This document shows positions 40,577 to 53,494 of a stretch of 64,000 nt of DNA, piece by piece. Made by a program: the position numbers and the translations under genes. Numbering within the stretch: position 1 is the stretch's first letter; the number at the start of each line of letters is the position of its first letter. Origin of the DNA: a virus (taxonomy: Duplodnaviria > Caudoviricetes); the IMG/VR virus record IMGVR_UViG_3300021399_000159, positions 2,753-66,752 of that record; one strand, written 5' to 3'. A model generated the notes under the pieces. The model searched no databases, was not told where the DNA came from, and saw nothing but the letters and a program-made list of their open reading frames with translations.

Positions 40577-40658
40577 TTGAGAGTGTAGTAAGTACACCTA
40601 GCATATTTGGGACGTACTTAGTACGTCCCTCTTTTTTTATTATAGGGAGGTAATTGAT

Positions 40659-41072
40659 ATGCTACAAGTTTATTCTTCTAATCTAGCTGTCGAAGCTAAT
40701 GCCGCGTTCCCTTTTAATAATATTGTTGTTGATAAAGGTTGTGGTGAAACTTTAAGCGCACCTTCTACTATTCAGTTAAATAAACGTGGAATTTATCTTG
40801 TAGAAATGGATGGTTTTGCAACACCAGACGCCGCCACTGATGTGAGCGTGTAGTTAATGGTAAACGGAGTCGCGCAACCTCAAGCCATTTCTAGTTTTAC
40901 TCCTGCGTCAATAACTGATACTCGCACTTTTGGTTTTAAAACCCTTGTACGTGTACTTGAAAATAATTGCAATTGCAACTGCCTAACTAGTCCAACTACT
41001 CTTCAATTTATGAATGGCGCAACTGCAATTAGTGATGCTCATATTAATGTAGTTATTACTAAGATTTGTTAA
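40659..41072 (+). CDS. Beta-rich hypothetical protein (137 aa; 1 TAG=Gln)
   Basis: Two tracked ORFs join through TAG 40851; terminators on both sides. Confidence 0.75.
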
Positions 41073-41121
41073 TTAAATACGGGGCGGACTTGCGTCCGCC
41101 CCTTTTTGAGGAGTTGGTAGT

Positions 41122-41676
41122 ATGACAATTGAAGAAATTTTTAATAAGGTAGGCTCCCATATGATGGATGGCATTTGCTATCACGATAATTTAGTAAAGG
41201 CTTATTAGTTTTTAGGGCTGCGGGGCTATGCTAAATGTTAGGAATATCATTATTACGAAGAAACATAGAATTATAGGCATTTTGAATATTACTATACTTC
41301 TCATTATTTTAAGTTACTTTAGATAGAAAAAGAGGAAAGAAAAGAAGTATTTCCTGCTTCTTGGTATAAATATAGCGCGCAGGCCGTTGATGTTGGAACA
41401 AAACGTTCTAGCGTAAAAGATTTAATCGCAAAATGGATTGAATGGGAAAAAGAAACAAAAAAATTATATGAGGAAATGTATTTAGAACTTACTAATCTTA
41501 GAGAGATTGCGGCGGCAATTGAATTACAAAAATATATTAAGGATGTTGATAAGGAATTAAGTTGGGCGCAAAAGGAACAACTTAATTTAGAAGCAATTGG
41601 ATATAATTTGGATGTAATTATAGATTGGCAAGCCGATATTAAGAAAGAATATAAAGGGAAAATTAAATCCCTATAA
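41122..41676 (+). CDS. Ferritin-like fold protein (184 aa; 4 TAG=Gln)
   Basis: H...EE...H and WEKETK..YEE...DVDKEL helical metal-ligand pattern. Confidence 0.6.
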
Positions 41677-41690
41677 GGCGGTGATGACAG

Positions 41691-42059
41691 ATGATTAGAC
41701 TGGCACAACGGCGTTTGATAATCCCGCGCGGCGATACCGGTTCTTTCTCTGTTCCAGCACTAATAGATGAAATTCCAGATGCTAATATAATAGCGGTTTT
41801 CTCTATTTTTAATGAACAAAAGAGAATATGGACGCATGAGTATCCTGTTAGCGGCGGAATGGTTAATATTTCATTTGAACATGAGGATACGAAAGATTTA
41901 CCAATAGGGCAATATTATTGGGATATTAAAATATATGTAAATCCACGTTATGATGAGAGTGGATTATTAATAGATGGAGATGAAGTGCATTCATACTATG
42001 CTGGTTTTAAATTGCCAGAATGTGTAATTGCGCTAACTCCATATCATGGAAGAGGGTGA
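41691..42059 (+). CDS. BppU-like baseplate/fibre N-terminal domain protein
   Basis: IPRGDT...L..G.Y.WDIK motif; paralog of N-terminus of 42064. Confidence 0.65.
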   Translation: MIRLAQRRLIIPRGDTGSFSVPALIDEIPDANIIAVFSIFNEQKRIWTHEYPVSGGMVNISFEHEDTKDLPIGQYYWDIKIYVNPRYDESGLLIDGDEVHSYYAGFKLPECVIALTPYHGRG

Positions 42060-42063
42060 TTAA

Positions 42064-45000
42064 ATGATTAGATTAATTTAGAGACGCTTAATTGTCCCTC
42101 GCGGAGATACTGGAACTTTTTCTATTCCTGTACTAGCAGGTAAAGATACAGGCGATGTTTCTATTTTCACTGTATTTGACCCACTAATGCATAGGAAGAT
42201 ATTTGAGAAAGTTATGACATTATCTGGCGAGACATTAACAATGGAGCTTACTCATGGCGATACTGTCAATTTGCCAGTCGGTTAGTATGTATGGGACATT
42301 AAATTTTATACTGACCCAATCTTTGCCGAAGAAAAGTTAATAGGTGGAACCGAAGTTGATTCGTATTATGCGGCGTTTACTCTGCCCATATGTGAAATTA
42401 GAGAAACTGGTGATAACCTATTAATGTCAGATGATGCTCCTACTGGTGCATTAAAGCCAGGTCAGATTGATTTTGTCACTGCTTCCATTAATGAAATGAC
42501 TAGTTTGAAGAATACTACTACTATTCGCGCGGCTGAGGCTGATACGAGCGCGCAAAATGCGGCAAATTCAGCACAAGATGCACTCGTGTCATAGCAAGCC
42601 GCACAGACTGCTGCTTCAAATGCAGAGGCAAGTGCAGAATTGGCTGCACAGAAAGCCGCGGAAATTGCGGCAGATTTGAGTGGTAAGGCTGATAAGAGTG
42701 AGATTCCTACTAAAGTTTCTGAATTAGCAAATGACGCAGGTTATATTACTGGATACACTGAGATTGACCCCACTGTCCCCGCATGGGCGAAAGCGGCTGC
42801 TAAGCCTGCATATACTGCGGCTGAAGTTGGCGCGCCAACAGTATAGGAAATGAATAGCGCGATTAGCACAGCTATTGGCAATGTTAATTCCTTTGATATG
42901 GTTGTTGTTTAGACATTACCAACACAAGATATCAATACTCATACTATATACTTAGTACCTAAAACAGGCGAAACTAATGATGTATATAATGAGTATATTT
43001 ATATAAATAATGCGTGGGAAATGATTGGAAACACGCAGATTGATTTGAGCAATTATGCTACTAAAAATGAGGTTACAGCATTAATTGACGATACTGCTAG
43101 TGTCGGAGATACTGATGTTACATTTAGTGCTGATAAACTTACTGCAATGGACAGTGCGCTAAAGAACGCAATTGAACGCAAGTTTGGTGTCAGTAACTTA
43201 AAAGCGGACGGCGGCTTGCAAGTGGAAACAGACATAGAAACGGGCAAAAATTATCTGGTTACCGAAGTCTATGGTGACACCATTGCTCCGAGTTATTTCG
43301 ATTTGACATTTCCTGTCAAGTAGGGGCAATATTGTTACTTTGGTAGGAATCTTTGGATAGCCAATACGGAAATTGCTTCGCAAGAATACTTTAATCGACA
43401 CCACTGGACACAGGTTGATGTCGGGACAAGTCTTGATGCCAAAGAGGATAAGCCGGATCTAACTTTAACCTTTAATTTGTCATACGACTACGAATTATCT
43501 GTTTGGGCAGTTACTACTGATAAGACGCCGACAGAAGTAAAACAGATAATTGATTCTGGAAAGAAAGTAAAAGCGATTGTAAAAGTAAATACTGGAACTT
43601 CGAGTAGTCCTATTATCAGCATAGTCGAAGGGACGCCGTTTCTAAAAGCATCGAGAACAACATCAAATGTCGTGCTCAGTGTTACGTTGTTTGTTTCTGG
43701 GACGTATACCATTTATATACAGGGGCTGATCGCTTCTGATAAATGGTTTGCTAATGTTAAAATTATTATAGAAACAGATAATTACAGCGATTATGTGCCC
43801 ATGAATCGCAAGCGCGTTACTTCTGTTGCTTCTCCAGTCGATGATACTGATGCCACCAACAAACAGTATGTCGACACTTTGGTCGCAAATAAAATTGATA
43901 TTTCTCAGAAAGGTGCCGCAAATGGCGTTGCTGAACTTGATTCCGCGGGCAAAGTCCCGGCTGCTCAACTTCCGTCTTACGTTGATGACGTTCAGACATA
44001 TGAAACACGTTCCGCCTTCCCACAGACCGGCGAAGACGGAATTATTTATGTTGCCAAAGATACGAATACCACATACCGCTGGGGAGGATCTGACTATGTG
44101 GCTATTGGTTCAGATCTGGCGCTTGGTGAAACCGCTTCAACAGCTTACCGTGGAGACAGGGGCAAGATCGCTTATGAACATGCAACAGCTAAAGGTTCAG
44201 CGTTCGCAAGCGGACTGTATAAAATTGCAACAAATGCCGAAGGGCACGTAACCGGAGCAACGCCTGTTACAAAAAAAGATATTATAGATATGGGTATTCC
44301 TGGCGCCGTTGCGGACGTGATCGATGACACCGCGGCATCCACCAGCAAAACGTTTAGCTCCAGCAAACTCGAGACGCAGCGTGAAGAGTTATTGAGCGCA
44401 ATTAACGAGAAGTTCGGTCGTGAAAACATCGGGGACGGTCTGGATGTCGAATATGATGAAACCGGGGAAGCGACTGTTATTGCGGATGTTCAGCGGAGCG
44501 ATATTACCAACCTTCAGCAGAACAAGGCAGACATAATCATCACTAACGCCTCCGGCTCCATCGCCGCCATTACAGACGGAGCAGATGATCTGCCAATTGA
44601 AGACATGACCGTGCAGATTGAGCCTGTGCAGGATCTGCATGGGCAGAGCAATCCGTATCCCGGTGGGGGTGGGAAGAATTTAATCACCATTACAGAATAT
44701 TATGGCGGGTACAACAAAACGGCTAATACAAACTTAAAAACTCCAAGTACAGCAGTGGTCACAGAAAATGCCAATGTTATAACAATCACTTCAACTGGTA
44801 GTTGGCAAGGTAGACTGTTTGCGACATCAATGTTGCCCGCTGGCACATACACCGTTCACGTTGAGTTTTCTGACGCAGATGCTAGAGCGGCTACTTACAC
44901 AACGGATTCTGAACTAATAGTTATTACAAATGAAGGAAATAGTACATCCACTATAGCAGAAAAAATAATTACTATTACAGAACCAAGAAGAATAGCGATA

Positions 45001-46950
45001 ACATTAGTCAACTCAGCCGCCAAAACAAATACGTATACTAATTTGCAAGTAGAAAGTGGTCAATCATATACCTCATGGACTTCCTACTCCAACATCTGCC
45101 CCATCTCCGGGTGGACGGGGTGCAAGGTCACAAGGACGGGGAAGAATCTGTTTGACGGAGTGATAGAACCCGGTTATATGTACACGGACACAGGAACAAA
45201 TGTTTCATCAAATACCGCTTATCGGAGCAAAAACTATATTCCGATCAAACCGGGGGAATCTTATTATTTAAAGTTAGATTCCCATGCACTACAAGCGGGG
45301 AAGACAAGCCGGGTCTTTTTCTACGGGATTGACAAGCAGTTCATTTCAACTCCCGGAGCAAGCGCATCAAGCAGAATAGTATCAGCACCAAACAATGCGT
45401 ATTTTATGCGATTCTTTGTGGTTGATCCTATCGAAAATGCCAGCGGTGATATTAGTGTTAACTACCCGTCTACCGATACGGATTATCATGCCTACCAAGG
45501 CTCCACCTACCCCATCACATTCCCATCTGAAGCCGGAACGGTGTACGGGGGAACGCTGAACCCCGTGACGGGGGAACTGGTGGTGGACAGGATGATGGTT
45601 CAGATAAGAGCTGCGCAGAACAGAAGCGTTGATGCGAATAACAACTACTTCTGGTATTCCACATCCATAACGCTCGGCATTCCGAATATAAAAGAATTAA
45701 ATGCAAAACTCATATCTAACCGGATGACCAAATATTCCAACGTAACGAACGTAAGCCCGGAAGGCAATATAACATATTATGCCAATGGAATAATAAGGTG
45801 GAAGGAACAAGGGACGCTTACTCTCTCCGAGTATAACAGTTATCTGTCAGAGAATCCATTGGAAATCTGTTATGAGATCGCTAACCCGACCACCTACACC
45901 CTCACCCCCACCGAAATCCGCACGTTGCTTGGAACCAACAACATTTGGGCAGACACGGGGGATGTATCTGTGGATTACAGGGCAGATACCAAGCTGTACG
46001 TGGAGAGGATGAGCGGTTCCGGTGCGGTCAGCGATGTAAAAGTCAATGGCAGTTCGGTGGTTCAAAATGGAATTGCGAATGTGCCGTTGGCAAGCACTTC
46101 TGCACCGGGTGTGGCAAAGGTTAGCTCAAATTTCGGAACAAATATGTACAACGGCATCATGTTCCTTGCAAAAGCAACAGACGCCGAAATAAAAGCAGGG
46201 ACTAAAGATTACAAGCCCATTGTTTCTTATAATCAGCATCTTGCCGCTTTCTATGGTCTTGCTAAAGCCGCTGGGGATTCTACACAAGCAGCTAGTGATA
46301 ATGTAGTAGGAATATATACTTCAGAAGCAAAAGGTTCTATATAGAAAATGCTTGGCATCACTGACCTCATTGCGACCGCAGAAAACAACTTAGTAGCTTC
46401 TAAGGCTTACAAAGTTGGTGACGTATTTACTGCTAATGGTAAGCTTTATAAGACTACCGCAGCAATCGCGGCAGATGCGGCGATAATACCTGTAGTTGAG
46501 GGTGAGGAGATTACAGGAGCAAATTGTGTCGAGACTAGTGTGGGGGAGGGATTCCCACATGACGTGTAGGTCAACGGGGAGAGTGTTGTAAATAATGGCG
46601 TAGCGAATATTCCATACGCTAATATATCACAGGCTGGCGTAATTAAACTTACTTTCGATTACGGACTTACTCGTGTTTATAAACACGAGTCTGGCTCAGA
46701 TGTTGCTACATTTGAGGCAGGAATTAATGCAGCGGATTCAGCTCTAATTAAAGAAGGAGCTCATGTATTTCGGCCGATTGTGCCAAAGAGGTAGCATGAA
46801 GCGGTGTTTTATGGATTGGCGAAGGCAGCAGGAGATGCTACCCAAAGTGCTTCAAGCAATGCCGTTGGAACGTATACAGAAGAAGCAAAAACAGCAATTA
46901 AGTAGATGTTAGGTGTACAAGATGGATTAAAGGTGGTGAGGTTGATATGA
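42064..46950 (+). CDS. Large mosaic tail fibre (~1,628 aa; TAG=Gln)
   Basis: Tracked ORFs 42640, 43021, 43477 and 46348 are in one frame separated by TAG; BppU-like N-terminus, Ala-rich SAQNAA segment, repeated modules; TGA 46950. Confidence 0.8.
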
Positions 46951-47324
46951 TTTATTTAGGAAAGAATCCAGTAGGATTATTAGCAATCTTACCAGAATGG
47001 GCAAAATTATCTTCTACTAAATTAGAATTCAATACATATCAAACATTTGATACCGCAACATTATTTTTTGATAATGCGTATGTAAGTTCAATCGTTTCAC
47101 AATTATCAAAAGGAAATTATAAAATTGTTTTTGAGAACAATACTAATAATACTCGTGCGGGATAGTGGATTACTTTTACTAAAGGTAATAGCTTATCAAA
47201 TATAACAGTAATGAGAGTAGGAATGAATTCTCCTACTTCTTCTGCAAGTTATGGAGTAGATGTATATCCAGATGCTACAGGAATTATTTATATATCAAGT
47301 AAAGAGGTGATATCTAATGTCTGA
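46947..47324 (+). CDS. Tail-associated hypothetical protein (125 aa; 1 TAG=Gln)
   Basis: ATGA overlap; extends to TGA 47324. Confidence 0.7.
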
Positions 47325-48075
47325 ATACGCAAAGAATATTGTTTATTTATCTGCACCTTAGTATGCAGAATTGATTGCAAATAATACAATAACTGTTGAT
47401 GATGTTACTGTTACCTATAATGACAACGACATTTATGTCACCCCATAGGCGGAGCCTATTACGGATGTGCAGATTGACGGGACGAGCATTGTTTCATCTG
47501 GGGTGGCGAATGTGCCGTTTGCCACAGCATCAGAGCCGGGAGTTGCTAAATTTAATTCAACATATGGAATCGCAATGAATAACTCTGGTGGAGCATACAT
47601 CCGTCAGGCAGATGACGGGTACGTTAGGCAAGGTGTGCGAGGATACAATCCAATCTGCCCTTCGAATCAGCATAAAGCCGTTTTTTACGGTCTTGCAAAG
47701 GTTGCAGGAGCCGACATGGCATCTTTGTCCTCTGTTCCTGTCGGCACATACCCGGAAGCGCAAAAATCCGCCATCAGCGAAATGCTGAACGGAGCTGTCA
47801 GCGTTTCCGGAACTACCCCGACAATCACTGCTAAACCCGGAGTGCGCTACATCTGCGGACAGGTAGACACCCTGACGATTGTTGCTCCTTCCTCTGGTTG
47901 TATTGATGTCACATTTGAATCCGGCAGTACGCCAACTGTTCTGACCGTTACGCCGCCGTCCGGGATGATGATGAAATGGGCGAACGGATTCGATCCAACA
48001 GCATTAGAAGCAAATACCACCTATGAAATCAATATTCTGGATGGTTGCCTGGGGGTGGCGGGATCGTGGACGTGA
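47317..48075 (+). CDS. Tail-fibre-related protein (252 aa; 2 TAG=Gln)
   Basis: GAGGTGA RBS; carries third copy of DVQ.NG...FYGLAK module. Confidence 0.75.
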
Positions 48076-49211
48076 TGGCGTTACGGAGAAACATAATACT
48101 GTCTACCAAGAAACTGGAAACATATGAAACGATATTGTCCGACGTCAGAAAAGGTAAAAGCATTCCGAGTGGAACGGAATTTACAGTTCCACATGACGAA
48201 TTTGGAGACATTATATTTGTTACAAGAAGACAGAATGTCGATAAATTGTCCACGAATCCAAATGCACCGACTTTGACAATTCAGTCCAAATATCTTTTGC
48301 AGACGAACAGTGCCGGAGCTTGCTTGAAATTACAGTTTGACGGAAAAGAAGCAATGTTTGAAGCTTTATCGAACGATATACCGAATGGGACAACTTTGCA
48401 ATTTACGTCAATTGCTTACAATTCATGGACAGCCGGAACATGGCATTTTACAACTAATACAGTATTGCCTGTTGGCACTCTACTATGTTTAAGCGGTAGA
48501 AGTACAAGTGCGTTGACTTCATTAAATGTTGAGGCATATTCAAGTCCTATTGCAGTGTCACCTTTTGCGACCATGCCTTTATTATCTGGAGATGGAGATG
48601 CAAGTATAAATTTGGGAACCTGGGGCACAACCGGTAATCATCCGCATCGAATTTCAGATGGCTCCAATAATTTATTTGAATCTAATATTTTTCAATGGAT
48701 GAATACGTTAAGCAATGGACAAAGCATGGGACAAAAGTTTGTGCAAAAAACAAAATACGATATGCTTAGTCCAAATTATACAAACAGAATTGGATTCTTA
48801 GATGGGTTTCCAGTCAAGTTTAGAAAATGTTTAGGTCTAGCAACAATACATAACATTACAAATATTATATATGAATCTAATGATTCAGAATATATTGTAA
48901 ATTCGGAGTGTAATGGTACTGGGTATTTTTGGCTGATATCACGTAAAGAACTGTACGGAACAAATGAGAATGAAAATGAGGCTTCTGAACAACAGTTCGA
49001 ATATTACTCAACGCAAGCAACAACAGACACATCAAAAATTGGTTATACTAAAGATTCATCTACAAAATATACGTACTGGTTAAGGACTCCATATCGTAAA
49101 TTTGCCGGGCAATCAAGAATTTCAAATAGTGATCTGAACGGAGCTCTCTATAATACCGAATCAAATCTAAACAATGGATGTGGCATAAGTCCTATCGCAA
49201 TTTTAGCATAA
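48075..49211 (+). CDS. DUF6273-like (WLRS/T-motif) receptor-binding candidate
   Basis: C-terminal FWLISRKELYG...FEYY...YWLRTPY...GISP pattern. Confidence 0.6.
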   Translation: MALRRNIILSTKKLETYETILSDVRKGKSIPSGTEFTVPHDEFGDIIFVTRRQNVDKLSTNPNAPTLTIQSKYLLQTNSAGACLKLQFDGKEAMFEALSNDIPNGTTLQFTSIAYNSWTAGTWHFTTNTVLPVGTLLCLSGRSTSALTSLNVEAYSSPIAVSPFATMPLLSGDGDASINLGTWGTTGNHPHRISDGSNNLFESNIFQWMNTLSNGQSMGQKFVQKTKYDMLSPNYTNRIGFLDGFPVKFRKCLGLATIHNITNIIYESNDSEYIVNSECNGTGYFWLISRKELYGTNENENEASEQQFEYYSTQATTDTSKIGYTKDSSTKYTYWLRTPYRKFAGQSRISNSDLNGALYNTESNLNNGCGISPIAILA

Positions 49212-49330
49212 TGACATAGAGGAATCAAAAATGGGTGATGCTATGAAGACGACTTGCGTTTCTCCTCAGTAGCATCGCCTCGTTTGGGGCATGGCCATTA
49301 ATATTTAACTAAATTTATGGAGGTGGTTTT

Positions 49331-49747
49331 ATGCCGGTAACACTGCAGGTTGCTGGTATGAAGTACAAAGACGGCAATGTGTACAAGTCCGTCGACTGTC
49401 TTAAAGGCGATTCTGCGGATATTAGCATTTTTGCACCAGACTACGCGGATCTTTCCTTCCCCGTAGCAGCCGGAAAATTATGTACGCATGATGACGGATT
49501 GTACAGAGCAAATCAGGCAATCGCGGCATCGGAATCCTGGACAGCAGCTCATTGGACGGCGACAACCGTTGAAAACGCGATAAATCAGAAGCTTGGCTTG
49601 CAGAATATCGGTAGTGGACTGAATGCCACTACGGACGCTATAACCGGAAAAACCACGGTGAATACGGATGTTCAACGGAGCGACAACACAGTAATCGGAA
49701 CATTCTACACCAATGCCGGAACAGGCGAATTCATTATTCCAGAATAA
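49331..49747 (+). CDS. Tail-fibre module protein
   Basis: GGAGG RBS; shares DVQRSD and AP.Y.DL.FPV...HW segments with the 42064 gene. Confidence 0.7.
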   Translation: MPVTLQVAGMKYKDGNVYKSVDCLKGDSADISIFAPDYADLSFPVAAGKLCTHDDGLYRANQAIAASESWTAAHWTATTVENAINQKLGLQNIGSGLNATTDAITGKTTVNTDVQRSDNTVIGTFYTNAGTGEFIIPE

Positions 49748-49766
49748 GAAAGGACGGTAATCCACA

Positions 49767-50117
49767 ATGCGAAACATCTACATCGTCAATGCAACACAGG
49801 TAGTCACATCTGACAGCCACCCGGAGGGAAGCTACAGCATCGTCAGCGGCTACCCGAAAACCTTCGACAGCAGGAACTACGAAGTGACTGAGAAGAACCC
49901 GAATGGCTCCGAAGAGAAGGCTCTTTCCGCCGCCAAGAGTGAGTATTTTTTCCGTCTGTCTACTAATTACACCGGATCGGATACTCGTGTTATGTGGGCT
50001 GTTACATTGACGAGGGCAGACGGACGGATGATCATGGCAGAGAGTTGGGGAGCGTTCCCGGACATGACACCGCCACAGCCGGAACCGGAAGAACCGGAGC
50101 AGATTGAGGAACAGTAA
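49767..50117 (+). CDS. Small fibre-associated protein
   Basis: GYPKTFDSRNY motif; paralog of next gene; Pro/Glu tail. Confidence 0.75.
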   Translation: MRNIYIVNATQVVTSDSHPEGSYSIVSGYPKTFDSRNYEVTEKNPNGSEEKALSAAKSEYFFRLSTNYTGSDTRVMWAVTLTRADGRMIMAESWGAFPDMTPPQPEPEEPEQIEEQ

Positions 50118-50156
50118 CTGCCGTGTATTGGACACATTAAAAGGAGGTAACTCACT

Positions 50157-50483
50157 ATGGCAAGAAATATTTTTACAGTAGATGCTTGGATTATTGATTC
50201 CAACGGTACATACAACAAATTAACTGGTTATCCAAAAAACTTTGATAGCCGTACATACGATGGAGATACAGAAAAGGCGCTAAAACGTGCAATGGGCGAT
50301 TTCTCTGAAGTCTATGGTGCATACTGCAAGCGCGATGATCGTTTAATGCAAACCGTAGTAGTCTATCAAGCCAATGGTCAACTAATTGACCGCAAGTCTT
50401 TAGGTACTTCTATGGAACCAGCTCCAGTAGAACCAGAACCAGAGGAAGAACCAGCAGAAGAAGAACCAGTAGAAGGTGAATAA
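50157..50483 (+). CDS. Small fibre-associated protein
   Basis: GYPKNFDSRTY motif; AGGAGG RBS. Confidence 0.75.
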   Translation: MARNIFTVDAWIIDSNGTYNKLTGYPKNFDSRTYDGDTEKALKRAMGDFSEVYGAYCKRDDRLMQTVVVYQANGQLIDRKSLGTSMEPAPVEPEPEEEPAEEEPVEGE

Positions 50484-50485
50484 CT

Positions 50486-50986
50486 ATGAATCAACAGAGG
50501 AGTCTTGATTGGAATTACACTCGGCGCTCAACGCGCGACCTCCTCTTAGAATATGATTCAGTAATCATGCCTCCCCGCCCAAGGGCGGCGGGGCTGGCTA
50601 TGATTTATCCTTGGCTCAATAGTAATGGCGAAGACCAAGGATGGGTTGGTATTCCACCAATCCCAGACTCTCCGGAATTTAAGGTTATCTATCCTTGGGA
50701 GTCTGTTGGCCTTAATATTCTAGGGGATTAGATTTACTTACTTGCGTCTCGTAGCGGCTACCTTGGTACTCGTGAAGAGTTCCACCGCTATTTCGGCTCA
50801 TACTTAGAACGCAACAAATGGGAAATTGTATTTGATAATTTTGATAATTTCCCAGCAGAAGGCCAAATTGATAAATTATATTTTGATTTGACTGAAAATA
50901 TTTTATATTATTGGGCCGACGGTTAGTACTTACCAGTGAACGCAATGTTGATTACAAATACAATATTAGACGGTGGTGATGCCTAA
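50486..50986 (+). CDS. Hypothetical tail protein (166 aa; 2 TAG=Gln)
   Basis: Extends to TAA 50986 overlapping next ATG; FP.EG..DKLYFD repeat type. Confidence 0.7.
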
Positions 50987-51687
50987 TGGCAACCAATTCA
51001 GTAAAGGTTACCCTGCAAATACGCCATGATACTGCTGAAAATTGGACTACACGAAATCCAGTTTTAGCGCAAGGTGAATATGGCTTAGAAGCCAATACAT
51101 TCCTTATTAAAGTTGGCGATGGCGTACGCGATTGGGCACATCTACCTTACTTAAATAAATTAGATGCATCTTATTTTAAAGAAGAAACAGATGGCACGAT
51201 TACATTTAGCGACAGTTTCATGGATACCATCCATGCACTTGAAGCCGCCGCAGGATAGGCAATTACACAACTAACAATAACCGATCCTCCAGTAAATGAT
51301 ACTGATGTGCCTAATAAAAAGTATGTAGATGATGCTATCGCGCAAGCGGGCCATTTAAAGCGTGCAATTGTTGAAACATTACCAAATGCAGAGGATGCGG
51401 ACCCAGATACATTATATATGATGCTAGCAACCTCCGGAGACCATTATGAAGAATATATGGTCATAAATGGTCAATGGGATATGGTTGGCAGCACTGGTGA
51501 TGGCGGTAGCGGCGGATTCATACTTGAAGTTGCTACAAATGCACGTCTTGGTGGTGTTAAATCATCAACAGATCCAGATCATATTGCGGTTGATCAAGAT
51601 GGATTTATGACTTTAAATAAAGTTTCAACCTCCTTATTATATGTACCAACTGGTGATACATTAATTATTCACGGAGGAACGGCATAA
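50986..51687 (+). CDS. Tail fibre protein with Mtd-N/hyaluronidase-type N-terminal repeat (233 aa)
   Basis: QIRHDTAENWTTRNPVLAQGEYGLE...KVGDG; joined through TAG 51256. Confidence 0.75.
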
Positions 51688-51703
51688 TAGGAGGTGAAAA
51701 ACA

Positions 51704-53461
51704 ATGGCGGGAAATGTGCTTGAAACACGAATACAACTACGGTATGGTACATATAGTCAATGGATGAATAGTAATACTATTTTAATGCTTGGTGAAGCCG
51801 CCATATGTTCTTTTCCAGAAGATAGAACTATTGATTCTCTATCTAATAGTACTCCCTCACATACTCCTCCAGCAATTGGCATAAAGATTGGTGATGGACA
51901 TAGTTATTTCTATGAACTACCTTGGGTGCAAGCCGTTGCCGCGGATGTATATAATTGGGCAAAAACTTCTACAAAGCCGCAATATAGCGCAGCAGAAATT
52001 ACCGGACTGCAAAGTTTTATTGAAGAAAATTTTCATATTAGTGGAGATATTACCATTGCTCCACGTATCTACCAAATCGCGCAAGGTACGGGAGAAAATA
52101 GCAATGTCTATTATCTACGTTATAAAGAAAATAATGAAGATTCTCCTTGGGTTGTTGATACAAATCATCCTATTGATTTAACAGCATATGCAAAACTTGC
52201 CGCGTGGGTTGGCACTATGGTAGATAGGTTCCCAACATTAGGAACCTTTACTTCATCATAGACTAATAGTATCATAGGACAATTAAATTATACTGATACC
52301 GCGCGTGATAAATAGTTTGTTACCGCAGTAAATGAATCTGCTGGTATTATCTCAGTTGAGCGGGCTTAGCCAACCTTTAGCGATATTTAGGGTGTACTCC
52401 CTGTAGAATAGGGCGGTACCGGCCGCAACGAGCTTACTGAAGAACACGTATTAGTTGGGAACGGCACAAATACAGTATAGTTGCGTCCAATAGCCGAGTC
52501 TATTACCAACAATAATCACCTAGTTCCTAGTAATGTAGTTAAAGCTTATATTGATAAAGCGGTTGAAGGCTTAGTCGGGGCAATGCATTTTGTGGGAGAC
52601 GCAACAGTAGTTATTAATGAAAACTCTAGCATTGACCCACGTATTAATGGGTATGATTTCTCAAAGGCGCAACCCGGCGATGTTATCTTATATGAAGCAA
52701 AAGAATTCGTATGGACTGGCGGCAACTGGCGCTTACTCGGAGATGAAAGCAGCTATGCTATAAAAGGTAGCATTCGTGATGCAGACATTGACGAGAATGC
52801 TGAAATTTCTTAGAGCAAAATTGCTGGCTTAGATACATCATTTAATACAAAAGTAGATAAGGTTGAAGGAAAAACCCTAACCTCCAATGATTTTACTGAT
52901 GAATTAAAAGATAAATTAATGAATATCGAAGCGGGCGCATAGCAAAATGTAATTGAACATATTCTAGTTAATGATATTGAAGTTAAGCCCGTCGTAGTTG
53001 AAAGTCTTCCTAATGCAGTAAACCTATAGATATAGGAATTCGATGAGAACTCGCAGAATAAATTAGCTAGTATCGCAAATGGTGCGGAAGTAAATAAAAT
53101 AGAAAAAATCTTATATGACGGAGTAGAAGTTACACCAGATGACAATCGAGTAGTAAACATCTTATCCGACCCTCATTCGGCGCATGAAAATAAAATTGAA
53201 CAAATTTTTATCAATGGCGTTGAATGGTTACCTAATGCTGACAAACAAGTTAAAATCATCATTGATTAGGCCGCCTTAAATTTAAACGTTCTTGAAGGAG
53301 CAATTGTTCCTAATGGCGCGGGCGGAGTCGATGAAGTAAATTAGGTAGGCAAAAAATTAGAATTAGAACGTATTGCTGTGACAGGGGACGTAAAAGATTT
53401 ACGTTAGCTCACAGACAGTTATATTATATTAAACTGCGGAAGCAGTACAGAGGTTATTTGA
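51704..53461 (+). CDS. Tail fibre protein (585 aa; multiple TAG=Gln)
   Basis: IQLRYGT..W...GE...KIGDG N-terminus; frame open to TGA 53461. Confidence 0.75.
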
Positions 53462-53494
53462 ACTTGGCTGGAATGATGCCAAGGAGGTGTTTTT

